From NCBI GenBank assembly GCA_027491355.1, contig JAIXWI010000034.1:4240-68239 (forward strand): 64,000 nt of DNA, in the 5' to 3' direction. Numbering within the stretch: the first letter of the stretch is position 1; each line of letters begins with the position of its first letter. The DNA comes from Bacteroidota bacterium. Lineage in GTDB: Bacteria; Bacteroidota; Bacteroidia; UKL13-3. The translations under genes and the position numbers were made by a program. This document shows positions 50,617 through 64,000 of the stretch, one piece after another. Below the pieces are notes generated by a model. That model did no database searches. It saw only the letters and a program-made list of their open reading frames with translations, and was not told the origin of the DNA.

Positions 50617-51773
50617 TGAACCTGAAATATAAACAGTGGATAGATGGTGTAATAGGCAGCGCAATGGTAACTGTGAATGTTATCATTGTCAGGGGTGTAG
50701 GTTTGTTATTTAAAAGAAACCACAGCATTGCCAAACAACCAGAAAATATTTTAATCATCAAAATGCTCGGGCTGGGAAGTGTTTTAATGGCCATGGACAG
50801 TTTAAACGGTGTAAAAAAAAACTATCCAAATGCTAAAATCATTCTCATGTGCGGAAAAGGAGTTGCAGCAGGTATTGAACCCTTGAACTTTTTTGATGAA
50901 ATTTGGGTGCACAACGACCGCAACTTTTTTCAATTGGTACTATCGGGCATCAAGTTATTGATAAAATCTTGGAGACTAAAAAAACTATGGGTTGTAGACC
51001 TTGAGGTTTATTCTATTTTAACTACACTCTTTAGTGCTTGGACTACTGCAATTAACCGGTTTGGATTTCAATTAAACAAAGTACATTTTAGAAACTACCT
51101 CAATACCCATAATATTTATTTTAACCAATTTGTACCGGTGCAGGATAATTATGCAAATCTGGTTCAAGCCATGGGTGTAGATACCCCTATTCCCTATCAA
51201 ATAGCAATTGAAACGCCAACTCAACGTTTAAACAAACAGGCTATTGCCATCAATAATACCTGCAGTGATTTGGGAGGTAAACTTCGTAAATTGGAACTGA
51301 ATCAACTGGTTGTAATGATTGAATATTTGACGAACACTTACCACTACAAGGTATTGTTAACGGGCGCCCCATCTGATGCTGCAGAAAATGATTGGGTCAT
51401 TGAAAAATTGTCTGATGCTGCAAAAAATTTAACCCAAAACATCGCGGGTAAATATACATTCAAAGCCTATTACGAGTTGTTAAAATTTGAATGCATTGCA
51501 ATGGTTACCATAGACAGTGCACCTCTGCACATTGCCAATAAACTTGGACTGCCAACTTTTAGTATTTGGGGACCTATTAACCCTATGCAACGGATTAAAA
51601 ACTCCCATCAAACCAAACAACATGTACTTTATTTGAATAAATCGTGTTCACCTTGTATACACATGTCTGACGTTGTTCCTTGTAATGGCAACAATACCTG
51701 CATGAAAGATTTTACAAGTACCTATATCAACCATGAACTCGATAAGTTTTTAACAACACTCCAACATGATTAA
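50616..51773 (+). CDS. glycosyltransferase family 9 (LPS heptosyltransferase-like)
   Basis: ILIIKMLGLGSVLMAMDSL N-terminal GT9 pattern, VTIDSAPLHIA, and a C-terminal Cys cluster CSPC...C.GNNTCM. The ATG at 50616 is preferred because the ORF track's upstream extension is encoded by the palindrome. Confidence 0.6.
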   Translation: MNLKYKQWIDGVIGSAMVTVNVIIVRGVGLLFKRNHSIAKQPENILIIKMLGLGSVLMAMDSLNGVKKNYPNAKIILMCGKGVAAGIEPLNFFDEIWVHNDRNFFQLVLSGIKLLIKSWRLKKLWVVDLEVYSILTTLFSAWTTAINRFGFQLNKVHFRNYLNTHNIYFNQFVPVQDNYANLVQAMGVDTPIPYQIAIETPTQRLNKQAIAINNTCSDLGGKLRKLELNQLVVMIEYLTNTYHYKVLLTGAPSDAAENDWVIEKLSDAAKNLTQNIAGKYTFKAYYELLKFECIAMVTIDSAPLHIANKLGLPTFSIWGPINPMQRIKNSHQTKQHVLYLNKSCSPCIHMSDVVPCNGNNTCMKDFTSTYINHELDKFLTTLQHD

Positions 51774-53040
51774 ACAACTGAAGTATTTAGTTTTTGCCTT
51801 TTGTTTGATATTGGTTGTATTTAGAACCATTAACATATCGGTTTACACTGAAGGTAGAGCTAGAAGCGCCATTTTAGGTGATGCTTTCAGTGATATCAAT
51901 ACCATTTCATCTGCAAAGTATTTTTTAGATTCTGGATTTATAAAAACCAGTTTCTTGCCTATGCACAACTATTATCCGGCAAACAATGCACCTGCGCTCA
52001 TTTATACACATTACCCAGCAATTCCAAATATTTTAGCAGGTATTTATGCTACAATTTTTAATTCTGTAGATGAGAGGTTGCTCAGGATTGTACCCATTCT
52101 TTTAGCTATTTTCTTCTTCTTTTTTATTTACAAAGTGCTTTACACCTTTATACAACAAGAACAAGCAGCTTTTATTGGTTCTTGTGTGTTGTGGTTGGGA
52201 AGTTATTATATCAATTGGGCAGACAACTTACACCAGCATCTGTATGGTGAATGTTTAAAATGGATATATGTTTACTTGTTGTTCAGGTACCATGAAGGCA
52301 ATAAAAAACCAATTACGCTATTGTTATGGATGTTACTAATCATGGTAATTGAAGTGAACATCAGTTTTGAACAACCTGTTTTTTTAGGAATGGCAACTTT
52401 AGGATTTTCAATTGTATACAAACAAGGAATATTCAATAAAGAAACCATATTGGCTTTTGTAGCATTGTTAGTTGGGCTTGGCCTTCATTTTTTACAGAAC
52501 ATGGTTTATTTTGGCAGTGCAGCAGCTGCTTTACAAGATTTCATCCATGCATTTAGTTTTAGGTCAACTGGGGCTGAAACCATTGGTTACATTAAAGAGA
52601 AAGCATACACCTGGCATAATTTCCCTGAAATTGTTTTTGGTTGGTTCAATGGAATGGAAAGGTTTTATTTGTTACCTGGATGGACCATTCTGTGCCTTTG
52701 GTTATTGTTGTATAAAACAGTTCGCCAACAACACCTCAAACTGTTTCAACTTTCTGTTGTGTTATTCATAGCAGGAGCAGCATGGGGATTTGTCATGAGT
52801 CAACACGCCTATATCCACGCTTTTACGAACAAGCATTTTTCTGTTTTTGTTGGCTTAAGTGCAGCCATATTGGTACCACTTTATTTACAAAAAATAAAAG
52901 TAGATTTCAGAACTGGAAACATTGGAGTAAAAGTTTTTCATAGCTTATTAATTGGCTATACAATGTTGATGTTATTGACCCAACAAGTATGGGAAATCTG
53001 GATTAAATTTGGATACTGTTACCCTTATTTCGGGTATTGA
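51766..53040 (+). CDS. polytopic membrane protein (possible GT-C-like glycosyltransferase / polymerase; hypothetical)
   Basis: At least 10 predicted TM segments with large aromatic-rich loops; 8-bp overlap with the GT9 gene. Confidence 0.4.
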   Translation: MIKQLKYLVFAFCLILVVFRTINISVYTEGRARSAILGDAFSDINTISSAKYFLDSGFIKTSFLPMHNYYPANNAPALIYTHYPAIPNILAGIYATIFNSVDERLLRIVPILLAIFFFFFIYKVLYTFIQQEQAAFIGSCVLWLGSYYINWADNLHQHLYGECLKWIYVYLLFRYHEGNKKPITLLLWMLLIMVIEVNISFEQPVFLGMATLGFSIVYKQGIFNKETILAFVALLVGLGLHFLQNMVYFGSAAAALQDFIHAFSFRSTGAETIGYIKEKAYTWHNFPEIVFGWFNGMERFYLLPGWTILCLWLLLYKTVRQQHLKLFQLSVVLFIAGAAWGFVMSQHAYIHAFTNKHFSVFVGLSAAILVPLYLQKIKVDFRTGNIGVKVFHSLLIGYTMLMLLTQQVWEIWIKFGYCYPYFGY

Positions 53041-53045
53041 AATAA

Positions 53046-56844
<3,799 letters not shown>

Positions 56845-56870
56845 CACGAAAATTGCTTATTTTCGTATAG

Positions 56871-57416
56871 ATGCAATTGCTCGAAAACATTAAAACTGGA
56901 ATTGGTAAACTGATTTTAAATAAATCTTTTACCAAGCGCGTTGCCATGCGTGTTATGCCTGACTTTGCTCAAATGCAATCAATTGCTATTTTGTATGATG
57001 CCAGCAACAAGCATCAGGAAGAAGAAGTTACACATTTTGCAGCTTACCTCAGAGATCAAGGAAAAAAAGTAATGATGATGGGTTTTGTAAACGAAAAGAA
57101 CCTTCCTTTTCAAAAAAAGTTCCATATCAGTTCTCAATTCTTTTGGAGAGAAAACCTAAATTTTTTCAACCTTCCAGGTAAAATCAAACTCAGTGGTTTT
57201 ATAAACGAAGAATACGATTTACTCATCAATTTGTATACATCTTACAACCTACCTTTATTAGCACTTTCATCCTACAGCAATGCCAGCTATCGCATAGGTG
57301 CTAAATTTGAAGGAGCAGAAAGATTCAATGAAATTTTAATAGATGGTTCAAGTCATTCATTGTATGAATTAGGCCTACACATGGTTCATTATTTAAAAAG
57401 TATTCGTAAACAATGA
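56871..57416 (+). CDS. hypothetical protein, 4-bp overlap with queE
   Basis: 181 aa with no recognisable motif; ATGA overlap with the queE start suggests translational coupling. Confidence 0.4.
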   Translation: MQLLENIKTGIGKLILNKSFTKRVAMRVMPDFAQMQSIAILYDASNKHQEEEVTHFAAYLRDQGKKVMMMGFVNEKNLPFQKKFHISSQFFWRENLNFFNLPGKIKLSGFINEEYDLLINLYTSYNLPLLALSSYSNASYRIGAKFEGAERFNEILIDGSSHSLYELGLHMVHYLKSIRKQ

Positions 57417-58018
57417 GTCAGCTGAGTTATCCTGTAATGGAACATTTTTACACCCTACAGGGTGAAGGCTATTATACTGGCCAAGCAGCCTATTTTATAA
57501 GACTTGGAGGCTGTGATGTAGGCTGTGTTTGGTGTGATGTGAAAGAAAGTTGGGATGTAAGTAAACATCCTAAAGTAAGCATTTCTGAATTGCTTGCTGC
57601 CATTGCCCAAACCCCAGCAAAAATTGTAGTGATTACAGGTGGTGAACCTTTGCTTCACCAACTCAACGCGTTGTGTTCTGCACTCAACCATGCTGGTTTA
57701 CGAACGCATATTGAAACCTCAGGCTCATCTGCCTTGAGTGGTTGTTGGAATTGGATTTGTTTATCGCCTAAAAAATTCAAAGCAGCATTACCTGAAGTAA
57801 TTGCAGTAGCTGATGAAATCAAATTGATCGTATTCAATCAATCTGATTTTGAGTGGGCCAAACAATTTGAAAAACAAGTTAAACCAAGCTGCAAATTGTA
57901 CTTACAACCAGAATGGGATCAACAACATAAAATGCTGCCCTTGTTAGTGGATTTTATAAAACAGCACCCTCATTGGCAAGTGAGTCTTCAAACGCACAAA
58001 TACCTACAAATACCTTAA
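57413..58018 (+). CDS. queE: 7-carboxy-7-deazaguanine synthase (radical SAM)
   Basis: FIRLGGCDVGCVWCDVKESW (Cx3CxxC-type cluster variant typical of QueE); ITGGEPLLH. Confidence 0.8.
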   Translation: MSQLSYPVMEHFYTLQGEGYYTGQAAYFIRLGGCDVGCVWCDVKESWDVSKHPKVSISELLAAIAQTPAKIVVITGGEPLLHQLNALCSALNHAGLRTHIETSGSSALSGCWNWICLSPKKFKAALPEVIAVADEIKLIVFNQSDFEWAKQFEKQVKPSCKLYLQPEWDQQHKMLPLLVDFIKQHPHWQVSLQTHKYLQIP

Positions 58019-58028
58019 TTCTGTTGCT

Positions 58029-60512
58029 GTGACTGATGACTTGGCCATACAATTGGAGGATGCATTGGCAACATTTGCAGAAGTTGTTTTGCCCTTACAC
58101 ATTCAAAGAACGTATACCTATCGCATTCCCCTAGCATTTGAAAAAACAGTTCAACCAGGTATGCGAGTAGCTGTTCAGTTTGGTGCTAAAAAAATTTATT
58201 CCGGAATCATACAAACAGTTCACCACCGTCCACCAACTGGATACGAAGCAAAATACATTTTGTCTTTCATTGATGATGCCCCAATTTTAGGTCCTCAACA
58301 ATTGAAATTTTGGGATTGGGTAGCAAGCTATTATTGTGCCTATTTAGGCGATGTCATGCAATTGGCTTTGCCAGCGGCTTTAAAATTGGAGAGTGAAACT
58401 ACCGTTTGTTTGGCTGAAGATTTTGAAGAACTAGCTGTAGAATTAGACGACCGTGAGTATTTAATCATAGAGGCATTACAATTGCGAAAAGCGCTCCGTA
58501 TTCAAGAAATTGAAGCAATCCTTCAACTCAAAAATACATTGCCCTTTTTAAAAAGTTTGGTGAGCAAATCGGCCATTGTTTTAAAAGAAAACCTAGAAGA
58601 AAAATACAAAGAGAAAAAAATTACCTGTATTCGCATTGCTGAACAATACAAAACTGAAGCAGCTATGCAGGATGTTTTTACCCGCCTAGAGAAAAAAGAA
58701 AAGCAATTGGCGGTATGGATGTGTTGTTTTCAATTGCAACAGCAAATGCAGCACATTCCTAAAAAAACTATCCTTCAAAAAACTGGAGTGAGTGAAGCTT
58801 CTTTACAAACCATGTACAAGCATGGTTACCTAGAAACTTATCAACTAACCATAGACCGCATACAATTGGAGTCAATGCCTCCTCAGGAGTTTACGCTGAA
58901 CGAAATACAAACAGTAGCTTTCAATAACATAGAAGCGTTGTTCCAAATAAAAGATGTGGTATTGTTACATGGTATTACCTCAAGTGGTAAAACACATGTG
59001 TATGTTAAACTCATAGAAGCACAAATCAAAGCAGGCAAACAGGTACTGATGCTGTTGCCAGAAATAGCCTTAACCGCACAAATCATTCAACGACTCAAAA
59101 AATATTTTGGCAATACTTGCATGGCTTTTCATAGCAAATTCAGTGATGCAGAAAGAGTGGAGATTTGGAATAAAGTCAATAAAAAAGAAGTGCAACTCAT
59201 TATTGGTGCAAGGTCTGCTTTGTTTTTACCATTTCAAGATTTAGGGCTTGTTATTGTGGATGAAGAGCACGAAAGTTCTTACAAACAACAAGATCCTGCG
59301 CCTAGGTACCATGCCAGAGAATCAGCCATTGTATTGGCCAAAATGATGGGGGCTAAAGTTATCTTGGGTTCTGCCACACCATCTGTAGAAAGTTATACCA
59401 ATGCGCTCAATGGCAAATATGGTTTGGTAGAGATGCACCAAAGGTTTGGCGAAATTCCTCAACCCGAAATGATTTTAGCCAATCTTGCAGAGGAAGGTAG
59501 AACCAAAACATTGGTTGGAAATTATTTCTCTAGCACACTGGTAAATGCCATTCAAACAGCATTGAACAACCAAGAGCAAATCATTTTGTTTCAAAACCGC
59601 AGAGGTTACGCCCCTATTTTAGAATGCGAAACCTGTAAATGGATTCCTAAATGCATCAATTGTGATATCAGTTTAACCTACCATAAATACAACCAATCTT
59701 TAAGTTGTCATTACTGTGGATATCAAATACAGCACCCTTCAAACTGCCATGCCTGTAATTCTAGTTTTTTAAATTTAAAAGGTTTTGGAACTGAAAAACT
59801 AGAAGATGAAATTGGTATTTTATTTCCAGAAGCCAGAATTGCCCGATTGGATTTTGATACCACCAGAACCAAACATGGACATGAAAAAATCATCCAAGAT
59901 TTTGAGGCTCATGCTGCTGACATACTCATAGGCACTCAAATGTTGAGTAAAGGCTTAGACTTTGAAAAGGTTTCTTTGGTAGGTGTAGTCAATGCCGATC
60001 AATTGTTGTTTTTCCCTGATTTCAGAGCACATGAAAGGGCCTTTCAATTAATTGCACAGGTTGCAGGTAGAGCAGGCCGTAAACACAAGCAAGGAAAAGT
60101 AATTGTACAAACTGCAAATCCAACCTATCCGATTATTCAATATATTTTAAATTCTGATTACAAAGGTTTGTATGCGTACGATTTATTGGAGCGTAAAAAA
60201 TTTGGTTATCCTCCAGAAAAAAGAATCATCAAACTTTCTATCAAACACAAAGATTTAAAAATTGCCAAAGAAGCATCTTGGCAACTCAAACTTCAATTGG
60301 GCACCTTGTTCAAAGACCAAATTTTAGGTCCTGAGGCGCCTTTTGTATCAAAAATCAGGAATTATTATATCAGAGAAATCCTTTTAAAAATAGACAGGGA
60401 TAACAAACAATTGGCCTACTTGAAACAAGGAATATTGTTTCACATCCAACAACTCAACAAACATCCACATTACAAATCAGTTTGGGTGAGCATTGATGTG
60501 GATCCGGTGTAG
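58029..60512 (+). CDS. priA: primosomal protein N' (replication restart helicase)
   Basis: N-terminal 3'-DNA-binding domain, helicase motifs (GITSSGKT, DEEH), Cys-rich zinc-binding region CETCKW...CINC...CHYCGY; GTG start. Confidence 0.85.
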   Translation: MTDDLAIQLEDALATFAEVVLPLHIQRTYTYRIPLAFEKTVQPGMRVAVQFGAKKIYSGIIQTVHHRPPTGYEAKYILSFIDDAPILGPQQLKFWDWVASYYCAYLGDVMQLALPAALKLESETTVCLAEDFEELAVELDDREYLIIEALQLRKALRIQEIEAILQLKNTLPFLKSLVSKSAIVLKENLEEKYKEKKITCIRIAEQYKTEAAMQDVFTRLEKKEKQLAVWMCCFQLQQQMQHIPKKTILQKTGVSEASLQTMYKHGYLETYQLTIDRIQLESMPPQEFTLNEIQTVAFNNIEALFQIKDVVLLHGITSSGKTHVYVKLIEAQIKAGKQVLMLLPEIALTAQIIQRLKKYFGNTCMAFHSKFSDAERVEIWNKVNKKEVQLIIGARSALFLPFQDLGLVIVDEEHESSYKQQDPAPRYHARESAIVLAKMMGAKVILGSATPSVESYTNALNGKYGLVEMHQRFGEIPQPEMILANLAEEGRTKTLVGNYFSSTLVNAIQTALNNQEQIILFQNRRGYAPILECETCKWIPKCINCDISLTYHKYNQSLSCHYCGYQIQHPSNCHACNSSFLNLKGFGTEKLEDEIGILFPEARIARLDFDTTRTKHGHEKIIQDFEAHAADILIGTQMLSKGLDFEKVSLVGVVNADQLLFFPDFRAHERAFQLIAQVAGRAGRKHKQGKVIVQTANPTYPIIQYILNSDYKGLYAYDLLERKKFGYPPEKRIIKLSIKHKDLKIAKEASWQLKLQLGTLFKDQILGPEAPFVSKIRNYYIREILLKIDRDNKQLAYLKQGILFHIQQLNKHPHYKSVWVSIDVDPV

Positions 60513-60610
60513 GATTTAGCTTATTTTCTAAAATTTGAGTTGAGTTCGATTGTTGTTGGGACTGGTAGTTTGGTTTCATATTTTTTTTCAAAACAGTGCC
60601 CACACTCCAT

Positions 60611-61753
60611 TTAATTCATCAGCTCATTAGCCCAAAGCTTTTGCAGAAAATCTTTCCAAGGTAAAACCAAAATATTGTCTATAAGCCTTGGCATAGGCTC
60701 GTTACAGACTAAAATTAAATGTTTGGTTTTATACTCTTCGGCAAATTGTTTTAAGCCTGAAAGATGGCGTGAAGAAACATTGGTTGTTGATTTGACTTCA
60801 ACAGCCACTTCGTTATCACCCAATATAAAATCAACTTCAATTTGAGAAGCTGTTCGCCAATAATAAATTGGGTATTCAAGTCCAGAATACTGACTATGTG
60901 AGTAAATTTCATGGTAAATAAAATGTTCAAACGCATTGCCAAAAATCTCTGTTCCTAATTCTATTTTGCCTCTCTTGAGTAAGTGGTTTACAATACCCAC
61001 ATCAAAAAAATAAAATTTGGGCGCAGTAATCACCCTCCTTTTTGGTTTCTTTTGATAGGCTTGTACAAACCTCCCAATCAAGGTATCTTCAAGTATCTGA
61101 AAATACTCCTTTACTGTTGGTGCAGATACACCACAATCAGTAGCAATATTCGCATAGGTTACCATTTCACCATTACTGAAGGCGGCTGCTTCAAGAAACT
61201 TTGAGAATGATTGTATATTCCTAATTTTTGCCTCAGCTGCAATTTCATCTTTTAAGTAATTGCCAATATAGGCTGATAGGAGTTTTTTAGCATTTGTGGC
61301 TAGATAGTGTCGAGGTAAAAGTCCGTTGTTTAAAGCCCTTACTAAATCAAAATCGGGAATTTCACTGCTGACCAATGGATAAAGCTCGTACCTCAGGGCC
61401 CTTCCGCCCAAAAGATTGTATCCGCCCCTAAGAATTTTTCTTGCACTCGAACCACTGAGTACAAATTTTTTACTTTCATTGGTCATCAACCAATGTACTT
61501 CATTTAACAATTCGGGTATGCGCTGAATTTCATCAATAATCACCGTTTCTGATTCAGTTTTGGCTAAAATTGTTTCCCTAAGTATTGAGGGGTTCTTTGA
61601 AAGTCGCTCGTATAAGTCTGATTGGAGCAAATCAAACCATAAGGCATTTGGAAACAGGGCTTTCAAAAGCGTACTTTTCCCTGTTTGTCGAGCTCCCCAC
61701 AAGAATAAACTGTGGTTTTCTGCATCAATTAAGATTTGTTTTCGGGTAAACAT
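60611..61753 (-). CDS. AAA+ ATPase with a DUF4143 domain (orphan)
   Basis: Walker A GARQTGKST, Walker B IIDEIQ, and a C-terminal DUF4143-like region. Confidence 0.75.
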   Translation of the reverse strand: MFTRKQILIDAENHSLFLWGARQTGKSTLLKALFPNALWFDLLQSDLYERLSKNPSILRETILAKTESETVIIDEIQRIPELLNEVHWLMTNESKKFVLSGSSARKILRGGYNLLGGRALRYELYPLVSSEIPDFDLVRALNNGLLPRHYLATNAKKLLSAYIGNYLKDEIAAEAKIRNIQSFSKFLEAAAFSNGEMVTYANIATDCGVSAPTVKEYFQILEDTLIGRFVQAYQKKPKRRVITAPKFYFFDVGIVNHLLKRGKIELGTEIFGNAFEHFIYHEIYSHSQYSGLEYPIYYWRTASQIEVDFILGDNEVAVEVKSTTNVSSRHLSGLKQFAEEYKTKHLILVCNEPMPRLIDNILVLPWKDFLQKLWANELMN

Positions 61754-61762
61754 ACTACAATT

Positions 61763-61812
61763 ATACTTTATTTTATCATGATAAAAAAAAGTAATACTTT
61801 ATTTTATCATGT
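61763..61812. repeat. two perfect copies of the 18-bp ATACTTTATTTTATCATG, 32-bp period, 10-60 bp upstream of the ATPase start
   Basis: Read from the sequence; copy 1 is 61763-61780 and copy 2 is 61795-61812. Confidence 0.6.
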
Positions 61813-62036
61813 AATTTAGCGCCTAGAAAATGTAGCGAATCTAACTCTAAGTTAAAAAGCTAAAGTACTCGATTACAACTTAACAAATAATTTGTGGGAA
61901 TTCATAACAAAGATGAAGCTTGTTGCATTCGCTGTTTAAAAGTTTAAATTATTGCAAACTTGAATACAAGTTTTTAAGAAACAGGGATTGGTATTTGATG
62001 GACTTAGTATCTGGAAAGGAGTGGAAATTTTTTTAT

Positions 62037-62070
62037 AATAAAAAACTCCCTGCTTTTCAGCAGGGAGTTT
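62037..62070 (-). terminator. rho-independent terminator (minus orientation) after the Kelch-repeat gene
   Basis: On the minus strand, CTCCCTGC-TGAAAA-GCAGGGAG is followed by TTTTTT. Confidence 0.65.
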
Positions 62071-62156
62071 GGGAGAATAAAGCTTTAATGCAACTGACGG
62101 AATACAATGAAGTGCGGTATTGTCCATTTCCTATGTATGCATAGTTGTCTTAAAAA

Positions 62157-64000
62157 TCAAAATGAACGAATGGCTCTAACATTGAAACTTGCGAATTTAG
62201 GCATGTTGTCATAATGCAGCCCATTTGAAAAATTATAGACAAATGCATTTCCAGCACTAACTTCAGTGCTGGTTCTATAGTACGTATTTTCAAATAGATT
62301 ACCACCATTTGCAAGCGAACCAGCATTGATAACGAATTGGTTTGTTAATAACTGACCCAGTTCCCCTAGAGATGGTAAATACCAATCATCATATCCATTT
62401 AGGTTTAAGTCAAAACATATTTTTGCAGCAATATTTGCTTCTGAACATTCATTCACAATTTTATTTGTATTTACTAAACCCGAACCAATTGAGGGAGATG
62501 TATTCCCAATAAAACTTCCAAAACATCCAAATTCACTGCCTGTACTTTGATCAATTGGAGCAACAATGATTCCATGTTTTTCACCAGCAACAAATCCTAT
62601 ATCACCAGGTTGGTATACATAACCTATTATACCACCTTGATGCCATAAACCTACTACTAAATCGGTGATTACGGTTCTTGTAAACACACAAGTTTTTCCT
62701 CCTATTGTAATACTAAAACTTGCCGTACCACTTGCATTTGGCGTACCTGAAATGCTCAGTACCAATGTGCCGTTTCCATTGTTCAAAGTTCCTGCTGCAA
62801 GTGTTGCTGTTAAGCCTGTTACTCCTATTGAACTGATGGCTCTCTCTTTATAAGATGCTCCACTAGCTCCAGTGTAATTCAGGGTTACCGTTACATTGTT
62901 GGCTGCTGTACTATTGTATAAATTTCCTGTATTGGCAGTGGTATCTTGTTGCAATGAACTCAAGCTTGGTAAAGGAAGTGGACATGGCTCATCTTGCGAT
63001 ACCCCATTGCATACATACTCTGCCCATTTGCAGGTACACAATTGGTCTTTACAGAAATACCTTTGGGCTTGGTTGCTTTGGATATTGGTAGTATCAGAAC
63101 CTCCGAATAAGAAGACCATGTTGTTTGCTGTTTTGGATTCAATATTGGTTCTGTTGGTATTTTGGGTATTGCTTTCTGCATACCATGCATTGCTTGTAAA
63201 GTCAAATACATAGACCTTGTTTGAATTGGTATTGCTGATTTGCTTTCCACCAAATACATACAATTTGTTGTCGTAATAGGTGGCACCCACTTGTGTCAAT
63301 GCTTCTGGTAAATCAGGCATGGCAGTCCAAGTATTGTTTGTTGGGTTGTACACCTCTACACCAGCTATTGGCTGATTGTTGTTATCAGTACCTCCAATTT
63401 TATACAACTTGTTGTTATAAGCTACCAATCTACTTTGGTTTGCGTTTATTGTTGGATTGGCAAGTGCTGTATAGCTATTTGTTTGTGGGTTGTATTGGGT
63501 GAAGGTGTTTTGGTTGTTATTAGTACCCAATACATATATTTTGTTGTTGATACTGGCTGCATACACACTGCTAGTTGAAGTACTGGTTTGGTTGGCTTGG
63601 TTTTGCCAAGTATTGGTAGCAATATCATACGCTTCTGAAGTACCATTGGTATTGAAGCAATATACCTTACCATTGGCTTCGGCTACTCCACATTCAATAC
63701 ATGGGCTTGGCTTGTTTGCTATAGCATTATATTTTCTGTCATTCACATTGTACTTATATGCATTGTTTGTATTGTTTTGGTTAAACAAGTAAATGTTAGA
63801 ATAGTAAGTAGTGGCTCTGACATTGCTTAATGCTGGTAAGTTCACTGTTGAAACAAGGGTGTCGTTTGAGCAGATATTGGCGGCGGCTAAAGCCGCCGCC
63901 AAACTCCTATAAGTAACACGAATAGTTTGGTCACTGCTTACATTGTTAAAAGTATAAGAACTAGCAGTAGGAACTTGAACCCCATTTACAATGACACTGT
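62157..64000 (-). CDS. Kelch-repeat beta-propeller protein with a Cys-rich linker and a C-terminal DUF1566 (Lcl-like) domain; N-terminus lies beyond the right window edge
   Basis: Kelch-type repeats (KIYVLG, KLYKIGG, KLYVFGG, MVFLFGG), then CKDQLCTCKWAEYVCNG, then a C-terminal DDWYLPSLGELGQL block typical of DUF1566. The frame stays open to the window end, so the TTG at 63902 is not the true start. Confidence 0.6.
   Translation of the reverse strand, partial: SVIVNGVQVPTASSYTFNNVSSDQTIRVTYRSLAAALAAANICSNDTLVSTVNLPALSNVRATTYYSNIYLFNQNNTNNAYKYNVNDRKYNAIANKPSPCIECGVAEANGKVYCFNTNGTSEAYDIATNTWQNQANQTSTSTSSVYAASINNKIYVLGTNNNQNTFTQYNPQTNSYTALANPTINANQSRLVAYNNKLYKIGGTDNNNQPIAGVEVYNPTNNTWTAMPDLPEALTQVGATYYDNKLYVFGGKQISNTNSNKVYVFDFTSNAWYAESNTQNTNRTNIESKTANNMVFLFGGSDTTNIQSNQAQRYFCKDQLCTCKWAEYVCNGVSQDEPCPLPLPSLSSLQQDTTANTGNLYNSTAANNVTVTLNYTGASGASYKERAISSIGVTGLTATLAAGTLNNGNGTLVLSISGTPNASGTASFSITIGGKTCVFTRTVITDLVVGLWHQGGIIGYVYQPGDIGFVAGEKHGIIVAPIDQSTGSEFGCFGSFIGNTSPSIGSGLVNTNKIVNECSEANIAAKICFDLNLNGYDDWYLPSLGELGQLLTNQFVINAGSLANGGNLFENTYYRTSTEVSAGNAFVYNFSNGLHYDNMPKFASFNVRAIRSF

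Noticed and set aside
52472-52771. Alternative-frame 99-aa ORF inside the polytopic membrane protein gene
   Set aside because: It is same-strand and out of frame within a convincing 424-aa membrane ORF, with no independent support.
61920-62144. 74-aa plus-strand ORF in the gap between the ATPase and Kelch genes
   Set aside because: It reads through the intrinsic terminator hairpin at 62037-62070, has no motifs and no upstream gene context; likely non-coding, though a short transcript from the repeat-bearing promoter region cannot be excluded.

Overview
The window looks like a low-GC Bacteroidetes chromosome segment. Several large secreted proteins carry T9SS-type or PKD/SBBP repeat domains, an RNase P RNA has the bacterial type-A signature elements GGAAAGUCCGGGC/ACAGAAnCCGGCUUA, and there are ECF sigma, S46 peptidase and PiT genes typical of that phylum. 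Most genes are housekeeping: ppk1, rnpB, tsaC/sua5, fmt, guaA, uvrA, ligA, queE, priA, cca, kdsA and kdsB.

The most unusual region is a tightly packed minus-strand Kdo/LPS operon at about 32.3-38.4 kb. It has kdsA and a kdsC-like HAD phosphatase but no SIS-domain KdsD. In its place is a transaldolase/fructose-6-phosphate-aldolase (Fsa) catalytic domain fused to a KdsD-type CBS pair. I interpret this as a candidate non-orthologous route to arabinose-5-phosphate. The same operon has an iron-ADH plus DegT-aminotransferase pair resembling the Shewanella KdnB/KdnA enzymes that make 8-amino-Kdo (Kdo8N).

Other notable elements:
- an IS200-like Y1 transposase (REP-associated, RAYT-like) with flanking REP-like hairpins
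- a 16-bp perfect palindrome abutting a GT9 start codon
- a cca / PRiA4_ORF3-like / DnaQ-like exonuclease trio
- a 1485-aa metzincin with dockerin-like repeats
- an 18-bp direct repeat in the promoter region of a DUF4143 ATPase

I saw no CRISPR array, tRNA or rRNA.
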